Part shown: positions 31,901-45,709 of the stretch, one piece after another
Layout of the letters: every line of letters starts with the position of its first letter
How positions within the stretch are numbered: position 1 is the first letter of the stretch
DNA from: Podarcis melisellensis
Taxonomy: Eukaryota
Assembly (NCBI GenBank): GCA_964234715.1
Contig: OZ174277.1
DNA: 64,000 nt
Direction: 5' to 3' (one strand)
Program-made: the position numbers and the translations under genes
The notes under the pieces: generated by a model
Seen by the model: only the letters and a program-made list of their open reading frames with translations
Told to the model about the DNA's origin: nothing
Database searches by the model: none

Positions 31901-34449
31901 TTGGGCATCTGCCAGGGTCCATATCCTAGGAGGAGGAGAGCTGCCTACCCCCTCACCCATCTTCCCCCTCTGGTGCTTTTTAATGAGCTGCTTCTGAGGT
32001 ACAGGTGTGTGAGAGAGTGGGAAGAGTCATTGGCAAGTAGGGTGAAGAAAAATACAATCAGAGAAGGGAAGAAGTAGGAAACAGTTAAGTTTAAAGGATT
32101 TTATGTGTATGTTGGAATTTGAGTTTTATTTGAGATGCTTCTACATTGGGCTTTTTCAAGGCGGGGCTTCAGGGATGCAATTGTGAAGTTTCAGTTACCA
32201 ATGCGATTCTTATATTCTGTGGCCACTTACCTCTGGGGTAGGTGAGGGGAATCTTCAAATTGCAAAATGAAACAAACAGCACCATCTACTCACTTGCCAA
32301 GGCACAATTTGATGCAACAAAGCATCTCACAGAAAGCAGAGGTTATACCACATCTCACTTAGATGAATCCAGCAGCTCATTGTATCCTCGGTACTCGTTC
32401 ACGTCTTTTGGACCTTCTGTTTGATAATCTTATGGAGGCGTGGGAAAGTTTCTGAGAGACTGCAGTGCAGCATACTACCCAGCACAGTAGCAACTTAGCA
32501 AGGAAGCAAATGATTCTGTCAGACCTCTGTGGGTGTTGCTCTGCACCCAGAGTTCTCAGACACTAAATGTGGGAAATGCATATAAATGGAGCTTTGAAGA
32601 CACCTCCCCCTCCTTTTATTAAATCTCTGCCTTTTAAAGCAAAAACGTATCTGCAAGGTCAGTGTGTTCCTTTTTCTAAGTTTATTTGGAAAAGTTGTCT
32701 TAAGAAAAGTTGGTCGTGCTCTAGGCTTCTTTAAAACATATATAGAGGGTAAAGTCCACATGTACACATATATTCAGAATATACCAATGACAGAAACCCA
32801 TTGTCACAACTATATTCCCCTGAACTTTTGATATGGACAGAGCAAATGAAACTCTTTCCAGGCATTTAGCTTGACCTAAGGTAAGGGAGGCAAATCACCA
32901 AGGTTATTTAGTGGGGTGAGGGCACCAGGAATCCTTTTCCCAACCTTTGTGTATTTAATGCAAAAGTAAGAAAGAGGCTTCTAACTACTTTCATCTGAAT
33001 GTGATTAGAAACATCTGCCAAGAGTCAATAATTCTGCATTATCAGGATCCCCGAACGTACAAATATTTTTTGACTGCACCCAGTTGAATGTTGAGAAGGA
33101 TGCTCTTCAGGCCTTTGTTTCTCTATGAATGAAAGTCTGAGAAGTGCTGTTACACATGGGGCAACTGGGGAAGGTTTGTGTGCACCCTTGCCCCTCTACA
33201 CACTTTGAACCCTTGCGTGTTCAGCTCTTGACTCTCTCCCTGATCTACGTTCAACATTTTCCTGGCAAAATTGTTGCTTCGGTATCTGCAAATGATATGA
33301 GATGAGATTTAAGGAGTTAGGCCCCTCTCATAAAAAGTGTTGCAGCCAGCAACAAATCTGCTGCTAACACAAGTGGGTTTTTAAAGGCGGTTTTCCTCTG
33401 TTGCGCCAAAAGATGTTTGTGCTAGGAAAAATACTGCAACAAGGTGTAGGACGAAGGGTTTGTAAATTTTACATGCAGGAATGAAGCAGCTAGATGGCTC
33501 TGCCCCACTGCAACAGGTGGTCAATGCAGCTGTTGTGGTATGAATTTCTGTTTACGGTGCAGCCTTGAAGTGATAGTCAAGATTGGGTTAAGGCATTTAG
33601 ACCATAACCTAAATGAGAAAAACAAATTTAAGTTGATTTATTCAAACATGATGCTTTCCAGTGTAATCATCTAACTGATTCGTGGTGAGGCCAAGCTTCT
33701 CTGAGCATCTTTGTGGTGGGACAGAGGATTCACAGTGGTTTCCATGAAATACATCTACTAAATCAAGTTAAATTGGAACTGGCTTTGAGATGTGCGTAGG
33801 GTATTGTTATCCCGGTTTGAATCAGGGCGTAAAGAGGGAAGGGCAGGTGAGCGGATCCCTTTGCTCTAAAATTAAGATGTTGATCTCTGATTTTTCTAAG
33901 GTAGGCCACTGTGTTGCCTGCTTATCTCTCATGTTAGCTTGCTCTCACCAAATCAAGAAATGCTCTGTATGCCAGAGTTATTTCTTAGATGTGCTGCTAT
34001 TCACTCCCTTTGAAGAAAATTGTATTTAACAGCATGGCAATGACTCATGAGATTTCTACTCTGTGGAAAACACCTATAAATATATTAGCCAAAAATGTTT
34101 TTTCTCCTTCCCCGAAGCATAAACATCAGCTTTGTCTTTCTACTTAATGTGCAGGCAGCTGTCTCACACCTCAGCTCTAGAGTCCCAGATGAATGATGAA
34201 ATTAGGAGTTTTAATAAATGGTCAGGCGTTTTTATGAAGCTTTGATTATTGCTCAAAGTATTATGTCACCCCAAGCTCTAAAACGGCAATGTCCTGAAAA
34301 GCTTGTATGGCACAATTTTGTCCACCAATCAGGGGCCAATTCAGAAATGATTCTGGAGAAGAATGTAAACCTACCCATGTTACACAGTTCACTTTTATAC
34401 AAGCCTTTGTGGTTGTATGTATGTCATGTGTATGTATATATGTATATGT

Positions 34450-34640
34450 ACCCTGATGTTGGGAAAGATTGAGGGCAGAAGAAGGGGACAACAAAGGATG
34501 AGATGGATGGACAGTGTTCTAGAAGCTACCAACATGAGTTTGACCAAACTGCGGGAGGCAGTGGCAGACAGGAGTGCCTGGCGTGCTCTGGTCTATGGGG
34601 TCACGGAGTCGGACAAAACTAGACAACAACAACAACAACA
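34450..34640 (+). mobile_element. BovB (RTE) LINE 3' fragment
   Basis: Encodes TLMLGKIEGRRRGQQRMRWMD..L.KLREAV.DR.AWRA; (CAA)n tail. Confidence 0.92.
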
Positions 34641-34650
34641 TGTGTGTACC

Positions 34651-34682
<32 letters not shown>

Positions 34683-35674
34683 TCAATTGCACTTCTATAA
34701 CATGACAAGAGTAAGAAATTGCACTATAGATGTCCTAGGCCAACAATATATGTGTGTGTGTGACAACTAGTCCTAAGCTAATCCAGAAGGCAGCTGTTTC
34801 TGTTGTCGTGCTTCTAATGCATAACTTTGCATTTTTCTTTGACAGCAGACCTTTTTAGTGCTGTTTAATGATAGCAAACTCTAAATCACACACTTGTGAA
34901 CTGACAAGCTCCACTTTTTTTGTCATTTCAGTGGATGCAACATGATTTGAGTGGTGATAAATTGGTTCTTGGTGATTTTTATCTCACATATGGTCCAGAT
35001 GGAGCACTCTTTCAACTCTGGAGTAATTTTAATAGTTCATATTTGTACTCTTGTCAAGCTATTTTTTTTATCATAAGCAGTTTAGGATCTGGACTGCCTG
35101 GTATATCTGCAGAGTGCTTGATAAATTAGGGCCTTGAGGCATGAAGAGACCCGTGAGCATGACATTAATAAGGCACATAAGAAAACAAACCTAATATTGC
35201 CTGGGCTCCTTTGGGAGGAAGGGTGGGAAATAAATTCAATAAATGAATAATATGGCTTGTTGTGAATTGTGCATATACATGGCTGGATAAGGAGTGCAGA
35301 GCTCTCAACCTGTTCTCCACCACAACACTAAACACAGACCAGCCTTCCTATTCTCAATAAGAGAGTATGCCAAACATGGGCACACCTTCTACTCTTACAC
35401 ATAACACTGCATGTGATGATGCAAAACCATTAATGTTTGTGGTGAGGTCCCATTGGGAAACCATGCTCAGAAAAGGGAAACCAAAATGATCAAGTAGACA
35501 GAGCGGCTGCCCTATAAGGAAAAGCTGCAGCAATTGGGGTTTGGTTGTTTAGAGAAACAGGAAGTAAGCTGTGGCATAATAGACGTGTATAAAAGCATAC
35601 ATGTACATGAAGAAAGAGGGCAGAGAAAGATTTGCCTCTTTCATAAACTGGACATCCAGTGAAGCTGGACATTG

Positions 35675-36055
35675 GAAGATAAAAGAAAGTACTTCTTCAC
35701 ACTGCACACAGTTAAACAATGGCACACGCTCCCACAGGAGGCAGTGATAACCACCAACTTGGATAGCTTTTGAAGAGGATTAGACAAATTCATGAAGGAT
35801 AAGGCTATGTGGCTACTAACCATGATGGCTACATTCTGCCTCCATGGTTCAATCCCCAGCAACATCTCAAAGTAGGGCTGGGAAAAGACTCCCTGCCTGA
35901 CACCCTGGAGAAGACACTGCCAGCCCGTGCTGACAATACTGAGCTAGCTGGATCAATATCAGGCAGCTCCTATTCAAAGATGAGATTCCTGCATTATAGA
36001 GGGTTGGACTATAAGACCCTTAGGGGTACCTTCCAGCTCCACAATTCTATGATCT
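35675..36055 (+). mobile_element. CR1 3' fragments with SINE remnant
   Basis: aaagtacttcttcacac...gaggattagacaaattcatg (CR1 ORF2 end) and ccttccagctccacaattctatgat tail. Similar CR1 pieces at ~29290-29430 (-) and ~59320-59505 (-). Confidence 0.7.
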
Positions 36056-36904
36056 TCTCAATGATCAACTCTTGAAAAGCCACAGAAGAACATGAGGGCT
36101 CCTTAAGACACATTTTGAAAGCCAACTTCTTGGAGCATTCCCATGACGACGTTCAGCACCCACAAGAAGCTTGAGTTGATGTCATGCCCCCTTTCCCTAC
36201 AACTGAATGAGAAAGTGTGGCAGCAGAGTGCTTCTGATTCAATTATACTTTGTAATTCTTCTCCCATTGTTGGCTTCAAGGGCAAAGCCATCCATCAACC
36301 TACTGCAAAATGGCTGTATAGAAACAGATGTTAGTGTTATTTACACAAATGGTAAATTTGCAGAGGAAGACAAAGGCTAATTGCAGTCTTAAATACTCTA
36401 AATAAAGGATGCACATTAAGAACAAATTTGATATGGAACTCAGTTAAAGCCCATTTCACATTTACACACTGGGCCATTATAAAATCACAGCTAACCTTCC
36501 CTATATAAAAATGATATATATAATTTGCTGTTTTTTTCTGAAGTAAGATGCAAAAGGCGGGGGGACATTTGTAGGTTCCAGGGTGTGTGTACTTCATTTT
36601 GCTTTGGCCTAGTTGATTTTGTTACCGTAATCCAGTTTCAGGGCCCCCACCACTTGTATTTGTTTGTTTGTTTGATACGGTTTTGCAGTATTTAGTCACC
36701 CCTCATAGCCTTGCCCACCTGGAACCAAACAGTCTCTTTTTCAACCTGGTCTCTGGGTCCCAAAGCATCATAAACAGTGGTGCTTTGCCATAGGTAAACC
36801 CCAACCTCTCTCACCACGAAAGGAACACAAGTGAATAGCAGAGAACCTGTACAAGCGACGCTGACACAAAACCCCACATATATTAAGTAAAATAGAAACA
36901 CCGC

Positions 36905-37072
36905 CACCTGACCCCACCCCCACTCACCTTTCCCCCCTCCACCTCAACAAATGAATAATGTCTCAACAAATGAAACTGATCTGTAAAAAATGTTACTTGA
37001 AAAAAGAGAGAGAGAGATTGCACATACTTTTGTAAACCAAGAAAATCTTTAATAAAAATACATTAAAAAAAA
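36905..37072 (+). mobile_element. L1-like 3' UTR fragment
   Basis: C-rich segment, tgtaaaccaagaaaatctttAATAAAaatacatt and an A tail. Confidence 0.5.
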
Positions 37073-37199
37073 CCAGTGGTGCTTTGGTGAGGGAACTACT
37101 AGCAAAGCATAACAAGAGCCCCTCCCACCTCTTGTATTCACTTGAGCATTTAGTATTATCTTTTACTTTCTGGGTGTATGGAAGAAAGTTAAATTCCTT

Positions 37200-37290
37200 G
37201 AAGAGTCCTTGAACTAACACAGCAAACCCAAGTGTTTTTTTATGGGAAGAGTCCTTGAACTAACAGCAAACCCAAGTGTTTTTTCGTGGG
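37200..37290. repeat. ~46-bp tandem duplication
   Basis: gaagagtccttgaactaac(ac)agcaaacccaagtgtttttt..tggg occurs twice. Confidence 0.9.
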
Positions 37291-38843
37291 ATTCATATAT
37301 AAATTAAAGGGTCCAGTAACTTTCTTTGCTGCAGCAGAAACAATCTATATTGGTGCTCACCAATATAGTACATTTCAATGCATATCAATTTACCTATCTT
37401 CTATATATTCCTGAACTTCTGATTTCAGGCTGAGGTCCTGAATTGTCTGAAGTTAGCTCTCAGGACTCAGTGCAGTTTACAGTCTGTTTACCAACCGCAG
37501 TACATCCCCCCCCCCCCTCCATGGTATAGCATCACCTTCTGCCTTGCATTTAAAAAGTGAATCTCATACAGAAACATTTCCCTGGACCACTTGTTTCTCA
37601 ATAAGTGCCCCTCAACTGCTTGTTCAGCATCAACAGTGATGGGTTAGCTGTTGCAGCCTTACTGAGTTGGCCCCAAGTCTAGCAAATTTACTTTGCCCCT
37701 TTCTCCAGCTGTCCTTCCCCAATCGCATTAAGCATAATGGATAGCATAGAAAGCTGAATGATACATATGAAAACAGATCTCTCTCTCTCTCTCTCTGGTC
37801 CTCACATGGGAATGTCTTTCCAGAATCCCCACCGATACTACTCAGCTTCACCATGCAGACAGAGAATGAGGATTCCTCAATGAAGTTTAGCTATGTTATA
37901 ATTTCATCATGCAAAGAACGACAACATTGTGTCTGGTCTTTTTGTTCATCTAGTGACTCCTAGGTAGGCAGAAGACTCCGTGCAAGAGATTTTAGGAAAG
38001 ATGTTGCCTGTTATTAAGGCTCAGTTCACAAGAAGTATATATTTGTGTAACATTGTTTGAGCCTGAAGACCAATCTAGATGTGAAGTATAAAGATTTATT
38101 ATTGTGTTTCCTAGCTGTGATGTGGGAGGAGGATCCCAATTAGATTGGTGCTGCATATCTGCTGCATCTCAGACTGTTTCCCCAATCTGCATAGAAGCTT
38201 TGAGGGCAATTTAGACAAGGACAATGACATGAGGAAATAGGTTATTTCAATATAACAGCACCTGGGCTCCATTTGCTTTGGGGCTCTTCTTCCCCACAAT
38301 TTTTACAAAAGAATTAGGAGATTGAGTATTTGGCTTGAGTGAAGTTCCTCCTGTGCTTAGCTATGGAACCTGGGATTCATGCCAGGATACAACACTGGAG
38401 GATATTATAAACATGGGTTAACTGCACATGGGCAGAGTGTTATTCCCTCACCAGCAAAAAGAATACTTGGATATGTAGCATCGGCAGACAAAGCTTCTAG
38501 CTCCAAGCTGTTTAGCCATACCACCACCTCTGTTCTTTTGCAAATTAAGCCCTGTGACGCTTCATTCCCCCAGCCACCCATGAAACCACTCTTGCCAGTG
38601 CCACACTCTGGCCTTGCTTTCTAATCGGCACATGTGTTCCCTAGACAACCTGGTTTATCAATGCAGCCTTACATTAATATTCTAGGGGAAAGCATATTGA
38701 TGCTCTAAAATTATCTCATAATATTCCTTCTGCCACATCTGCAATATTTGCTTGCCAAACTAATGTGAAGGTTTGGATTGTAGAAATTTTCCATCATTTA
38801 TCATTTGCAAAATATGGACCAGACTAGAAATTGAGAGCTATTC

Positions 38844-39037
38844 CAGAGCTTTCCGTGGTGGTAACACACTTTTTAGACATGCATCATTTTATGAAATAGC
38901 AATTCAGTTTTACAAGCCTAGAGGTTAAACTAACCCATTTCCAACCCCGTGAGGAGCATGGGGAGTGTTCACGCAACACATCTTCACACTGTAGCCGACA
39001 CCCTATTGTGTCGTAACACAAAGTTTGGAAAGCTCTG
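38844..39037. mobile_element. hAT-type MITE related to 4453-4645
   Basis: cagagctttcc ... agtttggaaagctctg; flanks agctattc/ccctattc. Confidence 0.75.
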
Positions 39038-42000
39038 CCCTATTCGCTTCTTATCAGTTATATTTGTGGTTCTCTTGAAGAGCATTTCAGAATGCATATG
39101 AAGTTTCAGGCTCAGTTTTCACATTATGAATTTTTAGTCACAGGAGTGCAGGGGGTTAATGGGACTATCAGAATGATGGGTTCTCATTCCTGCCACTTAG
39201 ATTCTGTTATGGCCTTCCTCAATAATTGAGCATGCCTTTGAGACGACAAATAGGTCTTAAAAAGCAGGCAAAATTTATATCTGGTGCATCCATAATGACA
39301 TGGGTGTTAATTCTTCCTATCACTCTTGCTCGCCTCGCATTGATCTGCCCTGTGCCACATGCAGGATTTCTTGCTAAAACACAACTGCCTATGGCAAAGT
39401 GCCACTCCAGAGGTGGACTCGTGACCCATTACTGGCAGACTAAGCATAACATGAGGAATTTAAACCCAAACACAAGGTTACCCTTTGCTTTCCATTGACC
39501 ACATCTGACCAAGGGCAAAATCAGAAAATAATTACAGGTGGCAGATCAGAGCACAGAATATATATCCAACTACAGAGAGCGGCATGAATGTAGGGGTCCC
39601 AAGGGAAACTTTTTAAAGTGCTTTAGGATCTCAGGGAAAAATAAGCCAGAGATGCAAAATAAGAAATGGAAAACAGCATGCATTTTTCAAGGCTTTCAAA
39701 GGTCCCCAAAATGGATCCAGTTACTATTCCTGAGCAGCTAGTAGTGTAGTGGAAATACTATATAATATTTATCCAGCATCAATAACAACTAGAGGTGGTG
39801 CACTGGCCAATGAAGCTGCTACCTTCCCTGCCTATAGAATTAAAATCCATAATAGACATGGCACTTAAGTAGGGGATGGAGGATGAATGATGTTACGAAG
39901 AAAAGATGAAATACCAAGTCAAAGGGAAGGGGGAAGCACACGAAGGAATTGTATTTCACAAAGGGAAAATACATGAAAGATTAGGTAGGTTTCAGCAGAT
40001 TTTAAAGATTGTTAGACTGGTGTAGATATTAGGGGGGGATGGAATTCCAGTACCAAGCCCTTTCCAATTTTAGATGAAGAAAGATGGCAATGATGTCACA
40101 ATCAGTCCCAAGAACACAAGAACAGCACTGCTGGATTGGATCAATGGTCCCACTGATGGATATAACCTGGTGTCATGAGCCTGGACCAGTTATCCTCAGA
40201 TGTAGAATCCTTCCACAACAGTAGCTCAGAGGAGGAGGAGGAGGAAGGAGATGAATAAACTCTCTTGTCTCTCCCATGTGGATTTGCTAACAGTGGAGGA
40301 TCAGGAAGGACCTGAGGAGCTTTCCCCAAATATGTTTCTGAAGCTTGGAACTCTGAGGCCTAGAAGAAGCCAACTGCTGCAGAAAAAGCAATCTGTCTTT
40401 ACTGGCCAGGGTGGGGCTTTCATCTTGGCTATCTGCTATGAAACACTACCGGTTGCTCCAAGAAGACTAAGACAACTTGCTTTTCCTCCCTCAGTTGTAG
40501 GACTTCTAACTGTGGTCCTAACCTTGCTTTATCTTAAGCCTGCAGCCTATTCCAGAACTCTGGGATACTGCTCTCCATCATCTTCCCTTGGTGGTGGACA
40601 TAATAATAGATACCTACTATATCAATTTGTCCTTGATTTCCATATATTAATTGTGGCTGGAGTGAAAAGAGCTACAGTCAGTGTCAGGGTCCCTTCAAAC
40701 CTATTTTTCAAAGTGGGTCAAAACATCCCATCCCTACCCTTAAGACCTCCTATGTGAAAATCTTTACCTGTGAAAAGACAGTGGGAGTTAACAGCAGTGG
40801 GGAAGATTTGCTAGACATAAGAGAGGCTGTACATGTTATCAACTCATGCAAATGTAAAGCATTATCCAAACAGGATGCTACCAATATACGATGAACAGAT
40901 AGAGCTTGATAACAAATTCTATTTGCTTTATAAGGATAATCTTCTATCAGAATGGTAGTGTGTTAATTTTGGACATTGGCGATCTGGGTTCAAATCCTAC
41001 CACAGCCATGACACCTAACCTTTCCTATAGCATGTATTTAATTTGTGTTTGGGGAAAACTAAGCCTAGCTTTATTGTAATCCAGTCTGAGACCATGGCAA
41101 GTGGTGAATCAAGGGTGGAAAAAGTAACCATGTGCATATGAACCATACTGCGATCTGCTCTTTTGTTCTTTCCATCATCATGTTTTCCAACATTCCTCTT
41201 AACATTTGCTTTCTCCCAGGTACCCCATTTGAAAAAATGTTACTAGTTCCTTGTCCACCAATGCCTGCAAAAGGTGCTGAAAGTGATATACCATGTTGCT
41301 CCTTTATACTAGGACCTTATCAGTGACATTGCAAAAGTGACCCATCTTGCAAATTTTAGCTGGCAAAACGGTCTGAAAACACAAAGATGCCTATAATGTT
41401 TCTTGCAGTATCTCTTTAGAAGCATAGTGCTGGTATCTGGTAAGCCCCTGTGTATACTTCCCACAGACTCACAGTGAAAAGGACAATACAATACATGCTA
41501 AAAAGGCCTAGATAACTCAGTATAATAATATCCTCCAGGCAAGTGATATTGGTATAAATGCTACAAGATTCCAGAATACAGCTAATAAGCTGCAGTTTGC
41601 TTCAAAAAGCAGCAGGAGTACCACCTCAATACATGTGTACTTTAACATCAGAAGTAAATAAACCTTTGGGCAATAAGTGAAATATGCTGGCCTAAGATTA
41701 CCCCAGAAAAAAGCCTCTAGTATAATCTCTCTCCCACAATGCCTGGAGAAGTTAAGAAACAAGGAATGACAAGTGAGACTTGCAATGAAATGTTGCAGTG
41801 TGGACAACGGAAGCAACAGAGGTCATAAAAATAAATGAATCATTGCCACTTTTATTTTCCTAGCCTTTCCCCCCAAAATATTTTTGGTTTTCGGTGTGAG
41901 ATGAGGAATGCAGCAACATTCCATGCATTTGTAAATCTTACTTACGCAAATGTTCTTGGCTTTGAAAAGTACATGAAAATCTAGCTATTTGCCAGTTATT

Positions 42001-44036
42001 CAATTTACATTTTTCAAACTATTGATTTAGGCTGCATTCTCACACAGTTTAAATCCCCAGTCAGTGGAAGAACAGCAACCTGAATGCAGGAGTGCATCTT
42101 AGTTTAAACATGTTCTATCTGGTCTAGTTATTCACGCCATGTACTAATTCACTCTCCTGACCTCTATCTTCATCTACCTTGACAGTCAATATGGGTGGTT
42201 TCATCTGTTGTGATCCATTGTCAGTAACACTCCCTTGCCATTAAGCTTGCTGCTAGACTTTATTTTGCACCTTTACAACCTTTCTAAAGGAAAGGTGGTG
42301 CAGCATCTTCACACTTTTGCCTGTGGAATAATACACTACCACCCTGACATAAAGGATGTAATATAAAATTTAGTGCATATTATTCCCGTGTGATCAAACT
42401 TAAGTATTACAAAGGTTTTAGGAGCTACTGTGTTGCTAAACTATAAAGCAAAATCTACAATGTCACTTGACACGATGTTAGAGCCCCAGAATCAAGAGTG
42501 ATAGCCATGTATGTACCAGAATTAGGCTCCGGCTTAAATCCTGTACACATTTACTTAAGATTAAGCCTCGCTGAAGGAACAGGGTCTTGTTCATAGGTAA
42601 ATATTGCTGGAATTGGGACATGAGTAACTGAGACTGGAACCAGATTGCGCATGTATTTACTTGATCTTTTCAGGATGTTTGTATACAGAAGTCCTACACA
42701 GTTCTGCCATTTCTTTCCGGTCACTTAAATATTTGCAATTAGTTTTTGTGTGTGTGTGGGTGCTATTTCATTCTCTTCTTTTTTGTGTCTTATCTTACTC
42801 TGCGCACTTGTAATTATGTACCTTTTATGAGGGTTCCTTCCAACTCTATAATTCTATGCATCTATGATCCTGGTGGCTCTTGGGTTTGGATTGCTCCCTA
42901 AATCTCACTGAAAGCATTGGCATGGGGCTTAGTCTGAAGTCTCATTTATTTCTATAAGACCAAAAGAAAAAGCCAGTTGCGGAATTTATTGAATTGCACC
43001 CATAGTGTAGATATAATATTTTGTTTCTTCTTGGAAGATGTGGCTTACGCCTAACGGAAATATGTGGCTGCATAAATTCTCTTGAATTATTATTATTATT
43101 ATTATTGATGAAAAGCCATTTAAACAACTTGCACAATTTGCAAGAAACCTGTTGCTAAATCTACTTTGCCAAGGCTGAATAAAACAAAATCCTGAAGTTC
43201 CAGAACTATAAGTTTTTAGAAGTCAACATCAAAATGCCCGGCTTTTGACTGCAAGTAAGGATAGAAAAAAACAAACACCACACATTCCTAGGTTCCAACA
43301 TCAAATCTATAGATGTGTGGAACTATTGCAAGGAATAGTTTTCTTATCAGAGTGTTTCCCTGCTGCAATAAGCTTTTTGTAAACTCCACCTGTGGCCATC
43401 ATACGCTGAAGTGGAAGTTAATGGAGAGGTTATTTCTTTCTTCCCATTCTTTTAGATGATTCTGAGAACTGCTAACAGGTTGAATCAAATGTCAGCTGAA
43501 ATCAATAACCTGGAGGTGAGAGTGTCTATGGACTAAATCAACCTTAGTGGAAGGAACAAAGTGGCCACAGGAGACAGAGTCCACTTAGAAAAACCGACGT
43601 CCTCCTCTGGCACTTAAAAGAAATTGCATCCTGCAGTTATGGGTATGTGCTGTAGGTTAGGAAGGACAGAAAATAACTCACCACACCATATTGTCCAGGT
43701 CCCTAATTGCTACATGGTTATTTTGTGTTGTTAAGAGCTTGTATGAAACATAATAAAAGAAGCCCTGAATTTGAATACTTCTATCAGTACATAAGCCAAA
43801 AACCAGCATGACTGTCAGTTCATGACACATTGCTCAAGGATGCAGACTACATAAGCTGCCTAAATCCTTATTGAGTTCAGTGGCACTCAAGCAGCCCAAG
43901 TGCTCCAAATCTTAGCCAGTCACTTGGATCTTAAGAACTGCAAGTAGAGTTATGCTTGCGGAGAGGGCTTTCCTGCCTCCCTCTCCCCCCACGGCTGACC
44001 TGCACACATACAAAGGCTACATTGGATTTGAAGGCC

Positions 44037-45287
44037 TTGTTGTTGTTTAGTCGTTTAGTCATGTCCCACTCTTCATGACCCCATGGACCAGAGCACGCCA
44101 GGCACTCCTGTCTTCCACTGCCTCCCGCAGTTTGGTCAAACTCATGCTGGTAGCTTCGAGAACACTGTCCAACCAGCTCGTCCTCTATCGTCCCCTTCTC
44201 CTTGTGCCCTCTATCTTTCCCAACATCAGGGTCTTTTCCAGGGAGTCTTCTCTTCTCATGAGGTGGCCAAAGTATTGGAGCCTCAGCTTCACGATCTGTC
44301 CTTCCAGTGAGCACTCAGGGCTGATTTCCTTAAGAATGGAGAGGTTTGATCTTCTTGCAGTCCATGGGACTCTCAAGAGTCTCCTCCAATTCAAAAGCAA
44401 ATTATTCGGCAATCAGCCTTCTTTATGGTCCAGCTCTCACTTCTATACACTACTGGAAAGTTGGATCCTCCTAACAGAGGGTCCATGTTGTGCTCGACCC
44501 CTGAAACTCTTCCCCAACTGGCTTGTGGGCGGGGCTTGCCCCGCTCTAAGCCGGTGGTGCTACAGTTATGCCAGCATCGTGGCAAAGGTTGGGGGTTGGG
44601 GGTATCTATTTGGTAGTGTGACATAGGGACCTCCTTTTGCTTTGCGCTGCTGAACACCCGCCCACTCACCCATTAATTAGGTCGTGTTTGGCCTTGCTTT
44701 GGACTTCGGTTGGTTTGGAACGGGGGCTGGGTAGGAATTTTTCCCAATGTGGCAGATTGGCTGTGACCACTTGGTTTTTGCCTACCTCTTAGCTATTGTC
44801 ACAACTTTGTAAGGTTAGGCGGTTAGGCACTGGTTATGGGGAATGTGGGGAGAAGAGGTGCGGCCATCACCTGCCCCTCCAATCAATAGGGTATTCCGTT
44901 AAAGGAATCTGGGGGTCTGGATCTCGTCCGAAGCCCGGAGAGGGGCCAGGGCCATGCCAGGACCCCTGGGAACCCCAGGGTGAGCACCAGTCAATATACT
45001 GACGGAGATCCCCCTGCTGGTTGTTTAACCTTACAGGCTTCCTGCAGGGTGGGGCAGGAGCCAGATATAGTTTGATATCAACGCCTAAGTCAATACCAGT
45101 CACATTTGTGTATTCAATAAAGTTGTGGCCAAAATTTGCCCATTAACATTTAAACTAAATTCTGTCTCCACGGTGTCTTTATTTCCATGAGGGATGGGTT
45201 TTGGGGCTTGGAGCACAAAACTATAGCTTTAACTATACGGACCTTTGTCGGCAAGGTGATGTCTCTACTTTTTAAGAAGCTGTCTAG
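44037..45287 (-). mobile_element. BovB LINE 3' fragment interrupted by an LTR-like insert (44037-44459 + 45221-45287)
   Basis: (TTG)n tail; minus-strand WRRLLRVPWTARRSN..LRLQYFGHLMRR and LKSRDITLPTKVRIVKA from the BovB RT C-terminal region on either side of the insert. Confidence 0.9.
44486..45220 (+). mobile_element. Solo-LTR-like sequence nested in BovB
   Basis: Termini tgttgtgctc.../...gagcacaaaa (imperfect inverted repeat); AATAAA 45116-45121 followed by a GT-rich tract; no clear TSD. Confidence 0.55.
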
Positions 45288-45709
45288 CATCTTAGGGCCT
45301 TGAGGGCCTATGGGAAAGGCAATCAATGTGGCATACAGGGTGGAAGCTGCAGCAAACAAGGTATCAGTGCAGAAGGCAGGCCCTGCTTGCTTGACCAGGA
45401 GTACCTTCCACTTGCACTAAGGCTCTGTTGAATGGAACACACCCAAGGAAACTATAAGATCACTCTGTTGCTCTTAATTAACTTTTGAATTGAGCAGCGG
45501 CTGCCTGTTCTTTATTGAGCATTCTTTACGGCAGGTTCCTACTTCATGAGATGCATGGACAGTGGCAATTTTCTATCCAGCAGTGAGTGTTCATCCTGAA
45601 TTGCTTGCACAAAGATTATAAATGTTTCCTGGCAATCAACTGTTTTCAGTGCATTTCACCATTCTAACTGCAAAAAAATCATTTCCTTTTCTTTTAAGAG
45701 GATTCATTG

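Noticed and set aside
43931-44626. 127-183 aa ORFs
   Set aside because: Alternative or antisense frames of a BovB fragment plus the insert.
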